Positions 17,267 through 26,885 are shown, counted from the first letter of the stretch. The stretch is 64,000 nt of DNA from Dehalococcoidia bacterium (GCA_963665075.1 OY762063.1:2422844-2486843), one strand, 5' to 3'. Made by a program: numbers and translations. The notes: a model not told the origin generated them from the letters alone.

Positions 17267-18670
17267 ATGAGCGGATTGGATTTGGCTAACGGGACGGTGG
17301 CGGGGTTCGCGGGGTTGTTGGAGTCGGGTGAGCTTTCGCCGGTGGAGTTGACGGAGGCGACGCTGGAGCGCATCGAGCGGGTGGACGGGGCGTTGAAGGG
17401 GTTTACGACGGTGACGGCGGACTATGCGTTGGAGCGGGCGCAGGTCGCGGAGGAGGAGATTCGTCGGGGGGAGTATCGGGGGCCGCTTCATGGCATTCCG
17501 TACACGCTGAAGGACTTGATCGACACGGCGGGGATTCGCACCACCTACGGGTACAAGAGTCACGAGGACTACGCGCCGCGGACGAGCGCGCGGGTGCACG
17601 AGCTGATGGAGGCGGCGGGGGCGGTGCTGGTCGGAAAGGTGAATTGCCACTTTCGGCGGGACGTGGCGGTTGGGTGCTTCAATCCGTGGGACGCGAGCCG
17701 GTCGCCGGGGCATTCCAGCGCGGGTTCCGGGCTGGCGGTGGCGGCGTCGATGGGGCTGGTGTCGATAGGGTCGGACACGGGCGGGTCGGTGCGGATTCCG
17801 GCGGCGTGGACGGGCGTTGTGGGACTGAGGGGGACGTTCGGACTTATCAGTAGACATAATCTATTCGGGCCGTCGTGGTCGTTCGACCAGGCGGGGCCGT
17901 TGGCGAAGACGGTGGAGGATACGGCGATTGCGTTGCAGGCGTTGGCGGGTCACGATCCGGAGGATCCGGTGAGTCTGCCGGGGCCGTTTCCAGACTATCG
18001 AGCGGCGTTGGAGGGCGGCGTCGAGGGGGTGAAGGTCGGGGTGTTGGAGGAGTTCGTGGGGAGCGGGTGCACGGAGGAGGTGGAGCGGGCGGTGCGGCGG
18101 GCGGTGGCGGCGCTTTCGGACATGGGCGCGGAGGTGGAGGAGGTGTCCATCGAGGGGGCGGCGGGGGTTTCGGACATTCACAACACTATCGTGGAGCCGG
18201 AATCGGCGGTCTACTATCGGGAGGCGTTTCCGCCGGAGCGGATGGCGCGGATTGACGATGACATGAAGCTGCGGTTGGAGCGAGGGGCGGCGATTCCGAT
18301 GGCGGATTACCTGGACGCGCAACGGCGGCTGGCGCTGCTGAAGCGGGCGGTGGCGCGGGTGATGCGGCGGGTGGACGTGGTGGTGTCGCCGACATCGTTG
18401 ACGACGGCGTTGAAGGTGGCGGAGACGCGGGGGATGACGGAGGTGCGGGGGCGGCGGGTGCCGGCGGGGTCGTTGAGTCTGACGTGCACGGTTATAGCGT
18501 CGGACGTGGGGCTGCCGGCGATTTCGGTGCCGTGCGGGTTCGGGGAGGGGCCGCTGCCTATCGGGATGCATCTGATGGGGAGGGCGCGGGAGGAGGGGTT
18601 GCTGCTGCGGGTGGCGCACGCATACGAGCAGGCGACGGGGTGGCATCGGTTCAAGCCGCCGGTTGGGTAG
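17267..18670 (+). CDS. Amidase-signature family amidase
   Basis: GIPYTLKDLID..., GHSSAGSGLAVAA and GSDTGGSVRIPAA (Ser-cisSer-Lys signature region). Confidence 0.85.
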   Translation: MSGLDLANGTVAGFAGLLESGELSPVELTEATLERIERVDGALKGFTTVTADYALERAQVAEEEIRRGEYRGPLHGIPYTLKDLIDTAGIRTTYGYKSHEDYAPRTSARVHELMEAAGAVLVGKVNCHFRRDVAVGCFNPWDASRSPGHSSAGSGLAVAASMGLVSIGSDTGGSVRIPAAWTGVVGLRGTFGLISRHNLFGPSWSFDQAGPLAKTVEDTAIALQALAGHDPEDPVSLPGPFPDYRAALEGGVEGVKVGVLEEFVGSGCTEEVERAVRRAVAALSDMGAEVEEVSIEGAAGVSDIHNTIVEPESAVYYREAFPPERMARIDDDMKLRLERGAAIPMADYLDAQRRLALLKRAVARVMRRVDVVVSPTSLTTALKVAETRGMTEVRGRRVPAGSLSLTCTVIASDVGLPAISVPCGFGEGPLPIGMHLMGRAREEGLLLRVAHAYEQATGWHRFKPPVG

Positions 18671-18800
18671 GCGTGGGTTTGGGGGCGTGCCCTCACCCCA
18701 GCCCTCTCCCAGGATGGGAGAGGGGGAAGAGGGGGAGGGATCGACCCTTCGTCCTTCGACAAGCTCAGGATGATCTCAGGGTGAGCGGTGAGGGGTGGTG
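18671..18800 (+). repeat. Intergenic repeat cluster (modules E and B)
   Basis: CCCTCACCCCAGCCCTCTCCCAGGATGGGAGAGGGGGAAGAGG, then CGACCCTTCGTCCTTCGACAAGCTCAGGATGATCTCAGGGTGAGCGG. Confidence 0.8.
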
Positions 18801-19084
18801 GTTGTTGTAGTAGAGATGATTCGTTTCGTTTGGCTTCTTTTTTTTCTGTGGCGGGATACGAAGGGTGTTTTTATAGCTGATTCGGGGGAAATTCGGCATT
18901 CGTTATTATGTTGTGGTGAAGACGAATGGGGGGGGTTACCGTAGGGGTAAAGCAGTTGGGAGAGGCGTCTGTTTGGTGGCGGATTTCGTTCGTATGTTTC
19001 ATGTTAGGGATGGTAGCATGAGGTGGGGGTTGGTGGCAAGGGGGAGGTGGCAGTTTTGAGGGGGGTAGGGAGAGGGTGCCCACA

Positions 19085-19625
19085 AGGGACGCTTCTACTA
19101 GGGGATGGTGTATCCCTCCTGCCCGGCCCCGCCTCTGGATTCCCGCCTACGCGGGAATGACGAGAAGGGATGGCGGGAATGATGTAGGGTGGCGCTCCCC
19201 CGCTCGACCCTTCGACAGGCCCAGGGTGAGCGGGGGAGTCACCCCCATCTCAATCTTCCCCCGTCAAGGGGGAAGAGGTAAGAGGGAATTCTCACCCCAA
19301 CCCTCTCCCAGGATGGGGAGCTTTGCGTAACTGCGAAATGTGTCATCCACTCGACCCGAATCACCCCCATCTCAATCTTCCCCCGTCGAGGGGGAAGAGG
19401 TTTTTGGGAGATCATGAAAGGGTTATGCAAAGGTCTCCGTCAAGGGGGAAGAGGGGGGCGCTCGACCCTTCGACGGGCTCAGGATGAGCGGGGGAGTCAC
19501 CCCCATCTCAATCTTCCCCCGTCAAGGGGGAAGAGGCTAATCGACGCCCCTGGGAGGGTTATGCAAAGGTCTCCGTCAAGGGGGAAGGGGGAAGAGGGGA
19601 GGAGGGGGTGGTGACGGGGGGATGG
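19085..19625 (+). repeat. Intergenic repeat cluster (A, B x2, C x4, D x2, E)
   Basis: Multiple copies of CACCCCCATCTCAATCTTCCCCCGTCAAGGGGGAAGAGG. GGTTATGCAAAGGTCTCCGTCAAGGGGGAAG occurs twice. Confidence 0.85.
19317..19438 (+). mobile_element. MITE-like unit bounded by imperfect inverted repeat
   Basis: Left end GGAGCTTTGCGTAAC (19317-19331); right end GTTATGCAAAGGTCTCC (19422-19438), whose reverse complement is GGAGACCTTTGCATAAC. The interior carries a module C hairpin. Confidence 0.4.
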
Positions 19626-19673
19626 TTGGCTGGTATATTTTGGGAGAGTCGGTATGGTTGAATGGGAGGCGCA

Positions 19674-20492
19674 ATGGCAGAGGGCAGAGGGCGTCTGGAA
19701 GGCAAGGTGGCAATCGTCACGGGGGCGGGTTCCAGCGGGCCGGGGGTTGGGAACGGGAAGGCGACGGCGATTCTGTTCGCCCGGGAGGGGGCGAAGGTGC
19801 TGCTGGCGGACAATATCGCCTCGCGGGCGCGGGAGACGCTGGGGATTATTCAGGGAGAAGGCGGGGAAGCGTCGGTGTTCGAGGGGGACGTTACGCGGTC
19901 GGAGGATTGCCGGGCGATGGTGGAGGCGGCGGTGAGTCGGTATGGGCGGCTGGACGTGCTGGACAACAACGTGGGGATTTCGCATCGGGCGAGGGTGGTG
20001 GAGGTCAAAGAGGAAGAATGGGATCGGGTGATGGAGGTGAACGTCAAGAGCATCATGCTGACCAGCCGGTTCGCGATTCCGGCGATGATTGAGTCAGGCG
20101 GAGGGTCGATAATCAACATATCGTCGATAGCGGGGTTGAGGGCGAACGGGACGACGCCGTACAGCACGTCGAAGGCGGCGGTGATCGGGCTGACGTTTTC
20201 GATGGCGGGGGATCACGGGAGGGACGGCATTCGGGTCAATTGCATCGCGCCGGGGTTGGTGTACACGCCGATGGTGGCGCCGCGGATGGATGACGGGCTG
20301 CGTCGGACAAGGCGGGAGTCGGCGCCGTTGGGGACGGAGGGGACGGCGTGGGACGTGGCGTGGGCGGCGGTGTATCTGGCGAGCGAGGAGTCGCGTTGGG
20401 TGACGGGGGTGGTGATTCCGGTGGACGCGGGGTTGAGCGTGACGACGCCGGTGACGGGGACGCCGTTGGCGCAGCAGCGGGTTTATGGGTGA
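19674..20492 (+). CDS. Short-chain dehydrogenase/reductase (SDR)
   Basis: LEGKVAIVTGAGSSGPGVGNG (Rossmann TGxxxGxG) and YSTSK active-site motif. ATG at 19674 follows GGGAGG. Confidence 0.85.
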   Translation: MAEGRGRLEGKVAIVTGAGSSGPGVGNGKATAILFAREGAKVLLADNIASRARETLGIIQGEGGEASVFEGDVTRSEDCRAMVEAAVSRYGRLDVLDNNVGISHRARVVEVKEEEWDRVMEVNVKSIMLTSRFAIPAMIESGGGSIINISSIAGLRANGTTPYSTSKAAVIGLTFSMAGDHGRDGIRVNCIAPGLVYTPMVAPRMDDGLRRTRRESAPLGTEGTAWDVAWAAVYLASEESRWVTGVVIPVDAGLSVTTPVTGTPLAQQRVYG

Positions 20493-20715
20493 GGGGGGAA
20501 TCACCCCCATCCTAACCTTCCCCCGTCAAGGGGGAAGGGAGAAGAGGGTGAGTGGGGGGATCACCCCCATCCTGACCTTCCCCCGTCAAGAGGGAAGGGA
20601 TAAAAAGGGTGAGTGGGGACTTCACCCCCATCCTAACCTTCCCCCGTCAAGGGGGAAGGGAGAAGAGGGGATGGATTCCCGCCTTCGCGGGAATGACGAA
20701 TAGGGGGCGGGAATG
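20493..20715 (+). repeat. Intergenic repeat cluster (module C x3, then A)
   Basis: Three successive CACCCCCATCCT(A/G)ACCTTCCCCCGTCAAG(G/A)GGGAAGGG units, then GGATTCCCGCCTTCGCGGGAATGACG. Confidence 0.9.
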
Positions 20716-20781
20716 ATGAGGGGTGATGGAAAGTGGGAAGGGATAAGAAGGGAGGGGGTATTTTGGAATGGAGGGAAGGTA

Positions 20782-22218
20782 ATGGAAAGGAATGAGTTGG
20801 CGTTTGCGGCGGCTTATGAGTTGAGGGAGCTTCTGGATTCGCGGGAGGTTTCGTCGGTTGATCTGACGGAGATGTTTCTGCGGCGAATCGAGGAGTTGAA
20901 TCCGATATTGAACGCATACTTGACGGTTTGCGGCGACGAGGCGATGGAGTCGGCGCGGCTGGCGGACAAGCGGATCGGTCTGCGAAAGGGGAAGGGGAAA
21001 GGCAAGCTGGACAATCCGCTTCTGGGGATTCCGGTGTCCATCAAGGACCTGGAGTTGACGAAGGGCGTCCGCAGCACGATGGGGTCGTTGGCGTATCGCA
21101 ATTACGTGCCTGAGATTGATTCGTTGACGTCGGAGCGGGTGCGTCAGTCGGGGGCGGTGATTCTGGGGAAGACGAACACGCCGGAGTTCGGGCTGTTGGG
21201 GACGACGGAGAACCGGCTGGGGGACGCTTGTCGCAATCCGTGGAACATCGATCGCACCAGTGGGGGGTCGAGCGGGGGCGCGGCGGCGGCGTTGGCGTCG
21301 GGGCTGTGCGCGGTGGCGACGGGGAGCGACGGGGGAGGGTCGATTCGGATTCCCGCGAGCTTCTGCGGGGTGTACGGCATCAAGCCGACATTGGGGCGGG
21401 TGGCGAAATTCGGGGGCGTGGGCAATCCATCGCCGAACTTCACGTCGCAGTCGGGGCCGATGGCGCGGAACGTGCGGGACGCGGCGACGCTGCTACAGGC
21501 GTTGGCGGGGTACGATTCGAGGGACATAAACGCGATGCGGGAGGAGCCGCCGGACTTCTCGGAGGGGTTGGATTCCGGCGTGGAAGGGTTGAAGGTGGCG
21601 TGGAGCGTTGACCTGGGGTACGCCGCGGTGGATCCGGAGGTGGCGCGGATAGCCTATGCGGGCGCGAAGGTGTTCGAGGAGTTGGGATGCGAGGTGGAGG
21701 AGCCGCAGATTTCGCTTCAACATCCGATTGAGTATTTCATGACGATATTCTCCACGGGAGCGTTCGTTTCCTACCGGGAGTTGTGGGAGGAGCAGAGGAA
21801 CCTGCTGACGAGCTACGTGCGGGGGAACATGGCGCTGGGCGAGTCCGTCACGGGGGTGGATTTCGTGAAGGCGATGTACGACTACCAGAGGCTGCGGAGC
21901 CAGGCGGACGACGTGATGGCGGAGTATGACCTGCTGTTGACGCCGACGATGTCGGTGCCGGCGTTCGATATCGGGCGGCATCCGAGGGTGATTGACGGGC
22001 AGTCGGTGGACCCGCGGCTGGGGTATATGCCCTACACGCCGCCGTTCAACCTGACGGGGCAGCCGGCGGCGTCGGCGCCGTGCGGGTTCACGGAGGACGG
22101 GATGCCGGTTGGGCTGCACATCGTCGGGCGTCGTGGGGATGAGGCGACGGTGTTGAGGGCGTCGGCGGCGTTTGAGGGGGCGAGGCCGTGGGGGGATTTG
22201 AGGCCGCCGGTTTGTTGA
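20782..22218 (+). CDS. Amidase-signature family amidase (paralog of 17267..18670)
   Basis: GIPVSIKDLE, GGSSGGAAAALA and GSDGGGSIRIPASFCG. ATG at 20782 follows GGAGGGAAGG. Confidence 0.85.
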   Translation: MERNELAFAAAYELRELLDSREVSSVDLTEMFLRRIEELNPILNAYLTVCGDEAMESARLADKRIGLRKGKGKGKLDNPLLGIPVSIKDLELTKGVRSTMGSLAYRNYVPEIDSLTSERVRQSGAVILGKTNTPEFGLLGTTENRLGDACRNPWNIDRTSGGSSGGAAAALASGLCAVATGSDGGGSIRIPASFCGVYGIKPTLGRVAKFGGVGNPSPNFTSQSGPMARNVRDAATLLQALAGYDSRDINAMREEPPDFSEGLDSGVEGLKVAWSVDLGYAAVDPEVARIAYAGAKVFEELGCEVEEPQISLQHPIEYFMTIFSTGAFVSYRELWEEQRNLLTSYVRGNMALGESVTGVDFVKAMYDYQRLRSQADDVMAEYDLLLTPTMSVPAFDIGRHPRVIDGQSVDPRLGYMPYTPPFNLTGQPAASAPCGFTEDGMPVGLHIVGRRGDEATVLRASAAFEGARPWGDLRPPVC

Positions 22219-22500
22219 GGGGGGGAGTCACCCCCATCCTAACCTTCCCCCGTCGAGGGGGAAGGGAGAAGAGTGGGGAGACATCCTATTCCAGCCTACC
22301 CCTCCGCTCGACCCTTCGACAAGCTCAGGACAGGCTCAGGGTGAGTGGAGGCCCAGCCCGTCAACCACCCCTCTGGATTCCCGCCTACGCGGGAATGACG
22401 GAGGGTAGGGCGGGAATGACGGAGGGTAGGGCGGGAATGACGGAGGGTAGGGCGGGAATGACGGGAATGAGGGGAATGTGTGGGGGAAGGGGTAAGAGGG
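22219..22500 (+). repeat. Intergenic repeat cluster (C, B, A) ending in a 21-bp x3 micro-array
   Basis: GGGAATGACGGAGGGTAGGGC starts at 22391, 22412 and 22433, with a partial copy at 22454. Confidence 0.9.
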
Positions 22501-22568
22501 ATAGGGGAGTCTTTATATTGTCTTAATGGTTGGGGGGTATTGTGTTGGGCGATATGGAGGTTCCTGAT

Positions 22569-23177
22569 ATGGATGGAAGGAGGAATGCGGTGGGCAGCAG
22601 AGGTTGGATTCTGGCGGTAGTTTTGGCGGCGTTGATGGTGGCGGGCGTGGGCGGCGGGGTGATTCTGGCCGGCGGCGGGAAGGGGGACGACGATTCCAGG
22701 AAGGGGGTCGCGGCCGGGGCGGGTCTGACGGCGCGGGTGGCGGAGATTCTGGGGTTGGAGGAAAGCGTCGTTGCGGAGGCCTTCGAGTCGGTGAAGGAGG
22801 GTTGGGACGAGGATAAGGACTTGATGGCGGAGGCGGCGGAGATTCTTGGGGTTGAGGAGTCGGCGTTGGAGGACGCTTTGGCGCAGGCGCGGCGGGAGAT
22901 GGCGAACGAGGCGATGCGGGCGCGTATGGACGCGATGGTGGAGAAGGGGGTGCTGACGCGGGAAGAGGCGGACGAGTACGTGTCGTGGTTCGAGAGTCGT
23001 CCGGCGTTTCTGGACAGGGGCGTGGGATTCGGGAAGGGGAAGGTGAGGGGATGGGGCGGGAAGGTTCGCGGCGGCGAGGGGGGTTGGAAGGATGGCGGGA
23101 AGTGGTGCGATAAGGACGGGGAGAAGCCGGAGGCCGGGTATGATAAGGATTCGTCTAAAAGATATACTGAGTCCTAG
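22569..23177 (+). CDS. Single-pass membrane protein, unknown function
   Basis: One N-terminal TM helix (WILAVVLAALMVAGVGGGVIL). Duplicated AEILG(L/V)EES motif and a Gly/Lys-rich tail. Start uncertain (22530, 22569 or 22590). Confidence 0.5.
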   Translation: MDGRRNAVGSRGWILAVVLAALMVAGVGGGVILAGGGKGDDDSRKGVAAGAGLTARVAEILGLEESVVAEAFESVKEGWDEDKDLMAEAAEILGVEESALEDALAQARREMANEAMRARMDAMVEKGVLTREEADEYVSWFESRPAFLDRGVGFGKGKVRGWGGKVRGGEGGWKDGGKWCDKDGEKPEAGYDKDSSKRYTES

Positions 23178-23214
23178 ATTTGACGTCCACAGGGTCAAGG
23201 CGGGGAGGCCCCTT

Positions 23215-23715
23215 ACCCCCGGGTCTCCCCGTCTTTTGGCTTTGGGGGGATGCCCTTCCGCCCGGCCCCTGGATTCCCGCCTACGCGGGAATGACGGATG
23301 GGGAGGCGGGAATGACGGGAAGGGTTGCGGGAATGGCGGAGGGGGAGGCGGGAATGACGGATGGGGTAGGGTGGGAATGACGGATGGGGAGGCGGGAATG
23401 ACGGGAGGGAGTTGTGTGAATGGCGGATGGGGTAGGTTGGCAATGGGGTAGGGGCGACCGGCCGGTCGCCCCTACGGGAGAGGTGATGTGTGCTGAGGAC
23501 ATCACCCCCATCCCCGTATCAAGTACGGGGCAGGCTCTAACCTTCCCCCGTCGAGGGGGGAGGGATAAGAGGGGATGGATTCCCGCCTGCGCGGGAATGA
23601 CGGATGGGGAGGCGGGAATGACGAATGATAGAAGGGGGAAGGGATAAGAGGGGGACGCTCGACCCTTCGACAGGCCCTTCGACAAGCTCAGGACAGGCTC
23701 AGGGTGAGCGGGAGA
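23215..23715 (+). repeat. Intergenic repeat cluster (A x2, half-A GGCGGGAATGACGG repeats, F palindrome, G, C, B)
   Basis: Module F at 23448-23475. CACCCCCATCCCCGTATCAAGTACGGGGCAGGCTCTAACCTTCCCCCGTCGAGGGGGG. CTCGACCCTTCGACAGGCCCTTCGACAAGCTCAGGACAGGCTCAGGGTGAGCGG. Confidence 0.85.
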
Positions 23716-23756
23716 GATATGGGATGATAGTTTGGGAAGGAGAAGAGAGGGGAGTT

Positions 23757-24452
23757 ATGGGAAGCAGGGTTTTGATTGTTGAGGATGATAAGCACGTGGT
23801 TAAGCTGCTTCGGTTGTATCTGGGGCAGGACGGGCACGAGGCGCTTTCGGCAGGGGACGGGATCGAGGGGCTGCGTCTGGCCCGGGAGGCGCAGCCGGAC
23901 TTGGTGGTGCTTGATCTGATGCTGCCGAAGCTGGACGGAATGAGCGTCTGTCGCATCCTTCGAGAGGAGTCGGACGTGCCTATCGTGATGCTGACGGCGC
24001 GGGCGGACGAGCCGCATCGGTTGGAGGGGCTGGACATGGGAGCGGACGATTACGTGACCAAACCCTTCAGTCCGAGGGAGTTGGCGGCGCGGGTGCGGGC
24101 GGTGCTGCGTCGGACGGCGAGGGAGAAGACGGAAGGGGGGCCTTCGATGCTGACGTGCAACGGGTTGAAGCTGAGTCTGATGAGTCGGAAGGTGTGGGTG
24201 GACGGGAGCGAGATTGGGATGACGCCGACGGAGTTCAGGATTCTGGCGATGTTCATGAAAGAGCCGGGTAGCACGTTCACGCGGGACCAGATCATCGACA
24301 GGGTATTCGGGTACGACTTCGACGGATTCGACAGGACTATCGACGTGCACGTTTCCAATCTGAGGAAGCGGATTTCGGACGGCAAGGGAGGCAAGGGTCA
24401 GCGGCGGATTCAGACGGTCTACGGCGTGGGTTACAGATTCGGCGATGGTTAG
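23757..24452 (+). CDS. OmpR-family response regulator
   Basis: MGSRVLIVEDDKHVVKLL..DLVVLDLMLPKLDG receiver domain plus a winged-helix C-terminus (TVYGVGYRF). Confidence 0.9.
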   Translation: MGSRVLIVEDDKHVVKLLRLYLGQDGHEALSAGDGIEGLRLAREAQPDLVVLDLMLPKLDGMSVCRILREESDVPIVMLTARADEPHRLEGLDMGADDYVTKPFSPRELAARVRAVLRRTAREKTEGGPSMLTCNGLKLSLMSRKVWVDGSEIGMTPTEFRILAMFMKEPGSTFTRDQIIDRVFGYDFDGFDRTIDVHVSNLRKRISDGKGGKGQRRIQTVYGVGYRFGDG

Positions 24453-25836
24453 GTGGTTTCAGGGTCTCCAGTTTCGTCTCATACTGGGGTTCACCCTGGC
24501 GCTGGGGCTTGCGCTGGCGGCGGTGGGGGTGTACACGGGGTACGCGGCGAATCGGGAGGTGGAGCAGTTTTCCGACCGGCTGGAGGAGGCGCGGGCGGCG
24601 CGGGTGGAGGAGATGATTTCGTTGGCGTACACCCAGAATCGGAACTGGAGCGGGATTCAGGGAATCGTTGAGAGGGCGGGCGACCTGTATGGGCGTCGGA
24701 TTGTGGTGAGGGACGCGCAGGGACGGCTGATTGCGGACTCGGAGGCGGGATTCGGGAGGCAGCCTGTCGTGTTAGTGGGGACGGACAGGTTCAGGCCGAT
24801 TCGGACGGGGAACGAGGAGATAGGATTTCTGTCGCTGGACGTGGTGCAGGTGGAGACGGAGGTGGCGGAGCCGGCGATTTCGCGGGTGGTGTCGTCGGTG
24901 AACTGGGCGCTGGTGTGGGCGGGACTGGGGGCGTGGGTCGGGGGCGTGCTGCTGGTGACGATACTTTCGCGACGGATTCTTTCGCCGGTGCGGGCGTTGA
25001 CGGGGGCGGCTGGGCGGCTGGGGATGGGGAACCTGGAGGAGCGGGTTTCAGTTTCGTCATCAGATGAAGTGGGGCAGTTGGGACGAACCTTCAACACGAT
25101 GGCGGACCGGCTGCAAAGAGCGGAGCGGCAACGGGTGAGGCTGATGTCGGACGTGGCGCACGAGCTGCGGACGCCGTTGACGAACGTGCGGGGGTATCTG
25201 GAGGCGATGCGGGACGGGGTGTTGACGCCGACGCCGGCGGCGATTGAGGTGGCGCACCAGCAGGCGATGCACCTGGGGAGGCTGGTGGAGGATTTGGGGC
25301 TGATCGCGCAGGCGGACGCGGGGGCGCTGTCGTTGGACTTCCAAGAGGAGTCGATGGTCGAGTTGGTTGGGATGTCGGTGGAGGCGTTCCGTCCGGCGGC
25401 GGAGGGGAAGGGGGTTGCGTTGCGGCTGGAGGCTGCGTCGGAGATGCCGATGGCGTCGGTGGACCGGACGCGTATAGCGCAGACGTTGGGGAATTTGCTG
25501 GACAACGCGGTGAGGCACACGCCGGAGGGGGGCGAGGTGTCGGTTCTGGTGGAGGCGGCGGGGGAATCGGTGCGGGTGTCGGTGTCGGACACGGGGGAGG
25601 GGATGCCGGAGGAGGAGAGGGGGCGGATTTTCGACCGGTTCTACCGGGTGGATCCGTCGCGGAGTCGGGCGACGGGCGGGACGGGGTTGGGGCTTACGAT
25701 TGCGAGGCAGCTGGTGGAGGCGCACGGGGGGTCAATTTGGGCGGAGAGGAGGCCGGAAGGGGGGAGCCGGTTTGTGTTTGAGGTGCCGGCGGGGCAACTT
25801 CGTTGCGGTAAGTTTGGGGCTGGGGGTGGGGTTTGA
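24445..25836 (+). CDS. Sensor histidine kinase (TM-HAMP-HisKA-HATPase_c)
   Basis: H-box SDVAHELRTPLT, N-box NLLDNAVRHT, G1 DTGEGM and G2 GGTGLGLTIA. 8-bp overlap with the regulator gene. Confidence 0.9.
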   Translation: MVRWFQGLQFRLILGFTLALGLALAAVGVYTGYAANREVEQFSDRLEEARAARVEEMISLAYTQNRNWSGIQGIVERAGDLYGRRIVVRDAQGRLIADSEAGFGRQPVVLVGTDRFRPIRTGNEEIGFLSLDVVQVETEVAEPAISRVVSSVNWALVWAGLGAWVGGVLLVTILSRRILSPVRALTGAAGRLGMGNLEERVSVSSSDEVGQLGRTFNTMADRLQRAERQRVRLMSDVAHELRTPLTNVRGYLEAMRDGVLTPTPAAIEVAHQQAMHLGRLVEDLGLIAQADAGALSLDFQEESMVELVGMSVEAFRPAAEGKGVALRLEAASEMPMASVDRTRIAQTLGNLLDNAVRHTPEGGEVSVLVEAAGESVRVSVSDTGEGMPEEERGRIFDRFYRVDPSRSRATGGTGLGLTIARQLVEAHGGSIWAERRPEGGSRFVFEVPAGQLRCGKFGAGGGV

Positions 25837-25874
25837 TGGTTGGTATAGAGTGGGGCCCGCGTGAGCGGGAGCAA

Positions 25875-26155
25875 GAGCGGGGGAACGACCCTTCGACAGG
25901 CTCAGGGTGAGCGGGTGGGATTGTAGCAGGACGGGGTAGGGGCGACAGGCCGGTCGCTCCTACGGGGATGTTGTTGGAGTACCGGTCACCCCCATCCCCG
26001 TATCAAGTACGGGACAGGCTCTAACTTTCCCCTGTCCAGGGGGAAGGGAGAAGACGGAATGACGGGAGGGACGGGCGACCATAAGGGACGCCCTACGAAG
26101 ATGGATTCCCGTTTGCACGGGAATGACGGAGGGGCGAGGGCGGGTTTCAAAATCG
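25875..26155 (+). repeat. Intergenic repeat cluster (B, degenerate F, G, A)
   Basis: CGACCCTTCGACAGGCTCAGGGTGAGCGG. GTAGGGGCGACAGGCCGGTCGCTCCTAC. GGATTCCCGTTTGCACGGGAATGACGG. Confidence 0.8.
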
Positions 26156-26158
26156 GCG

Positions 26159-26419
26159 CTACGGGATGTTGGAGTAGCCGCCGTCGAAATCTCCAAGGAA
26201 GTAGGCCCAGAGGATGATGATGACGATGACGGCTATGTTGACGGCGATGCCGAGGATGGCGGTTCTGTGGTCCTGGGTACCTTTGCGGTAGCGGAAGAGG
26301 CCGATGGTTGACAGGGACGCGCCGGTTATGAGGGAGAGGATGGCAAGGGGCCATCCGATGGTTGGGATGATGGTGAAGGCTATGGCGAGGACGGCTAAGA
26401 TTATTCCTGCTACACCCAT
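26159..26419 (-). CDS. Small two-helix membrane protein
   Basis: 86 aa with two long hydrophobic segments (IILAVLAIAFTIIPTIGWPLAILSLI and ILGIAVNIAVIVIIILWAYF). GGAGG upstream. Confidence 0.55.
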   Translation of the reverse strand: MGVAGIILAVLAIAFTIIPTIGWPLAILSLITGASLSTIGLFRYRKGTQDHRTAILGIAVNIAVIVIIILWAYFLGDFDGGYSNIP

Positions 26420-26474
26420 TGGATGCCTCCGGTTGAGGATGGTTTGTGGTGTGGGAAGTATAGCGGAATGGGTT

Positions 26475-26598
26475 GGGGGATGGGGGATGGGGGAATCACC
26501 CCCATCTCAATCTTCCCCCATCAAGGGGGAAGAGGCTAATCGAAGCCCTTGGGAGGGTTATGCGAAGGTCTCCTCAAGGGAGAGGAGAAGAAGGGGGG
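26475..26598 (+). repeat. Intergenic repeat cluster (C and D variants)
   Basis: CACCCCCATCTCAATCTTCCCCCATCAAGGGGGAAGAGG...GGTTATGCGAAGGTCTCCTCAAGGGAGAGGAGAAG. Confidence 0.8.
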
Positions 26599-26600
26599 CG

Positions 26601-26885
26601 TTAGACGGGGGCGGTGGGAAGCTCGCGGACGGACTGGCCGACGCGCCTGTCGGCGTCGGCGAGATCGAATTGGGTTTGAAGGTTGAGCCAGAATTGGGGG
26701 TCTATTCCAAACCAGTGGCCGAACCGCAGGGCGGTGTCGCCGGTTATAGAACGTCGTCCTGCGATAATCTGGCTGATGCGGTTGGGAGGCACGTTAATCT
26801 GGCGGGCGAAGGCGGTGGGGGTTATTCCATGTTCAACCAGTTCGTCTTTCAGAACCTCGCCGGGGTGAACCGCTCGCTTCAGCAT
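26601..26885 (-). CDS. higA: HigA-family antitoxin (XRE-type HTH), apparently orphan
   Basis: HPGEVLKDELVEHGITPTAFARQINVPPNRISQIIAGRRSITGDTALRFGHWFGIDPQFWLNLQ is a near-canonical HigA. No HigB ORF on either side. Confidence 0.8.
   Translation of the reverse strand: MLKRAVHPGEVLKDELVEHGITPTAFARQINVPPNRISQIIAGRRSITGDTALRFGHWFGIDPQFWLNLQTQFDLADADRRVGQSVRELPTAPV

Noticed and set aside
16829-17857. N-terminal 340 residues of the 470-aa minus-strand ORF 16445..17857
   Set aside because: This part is Arg/Pro-rich, crosses a repeat cluster and lies antisense to the amidase gene. Only the last 127 codons (16445..16828) have a plausible RBS/start and a coiled-coil sequence.
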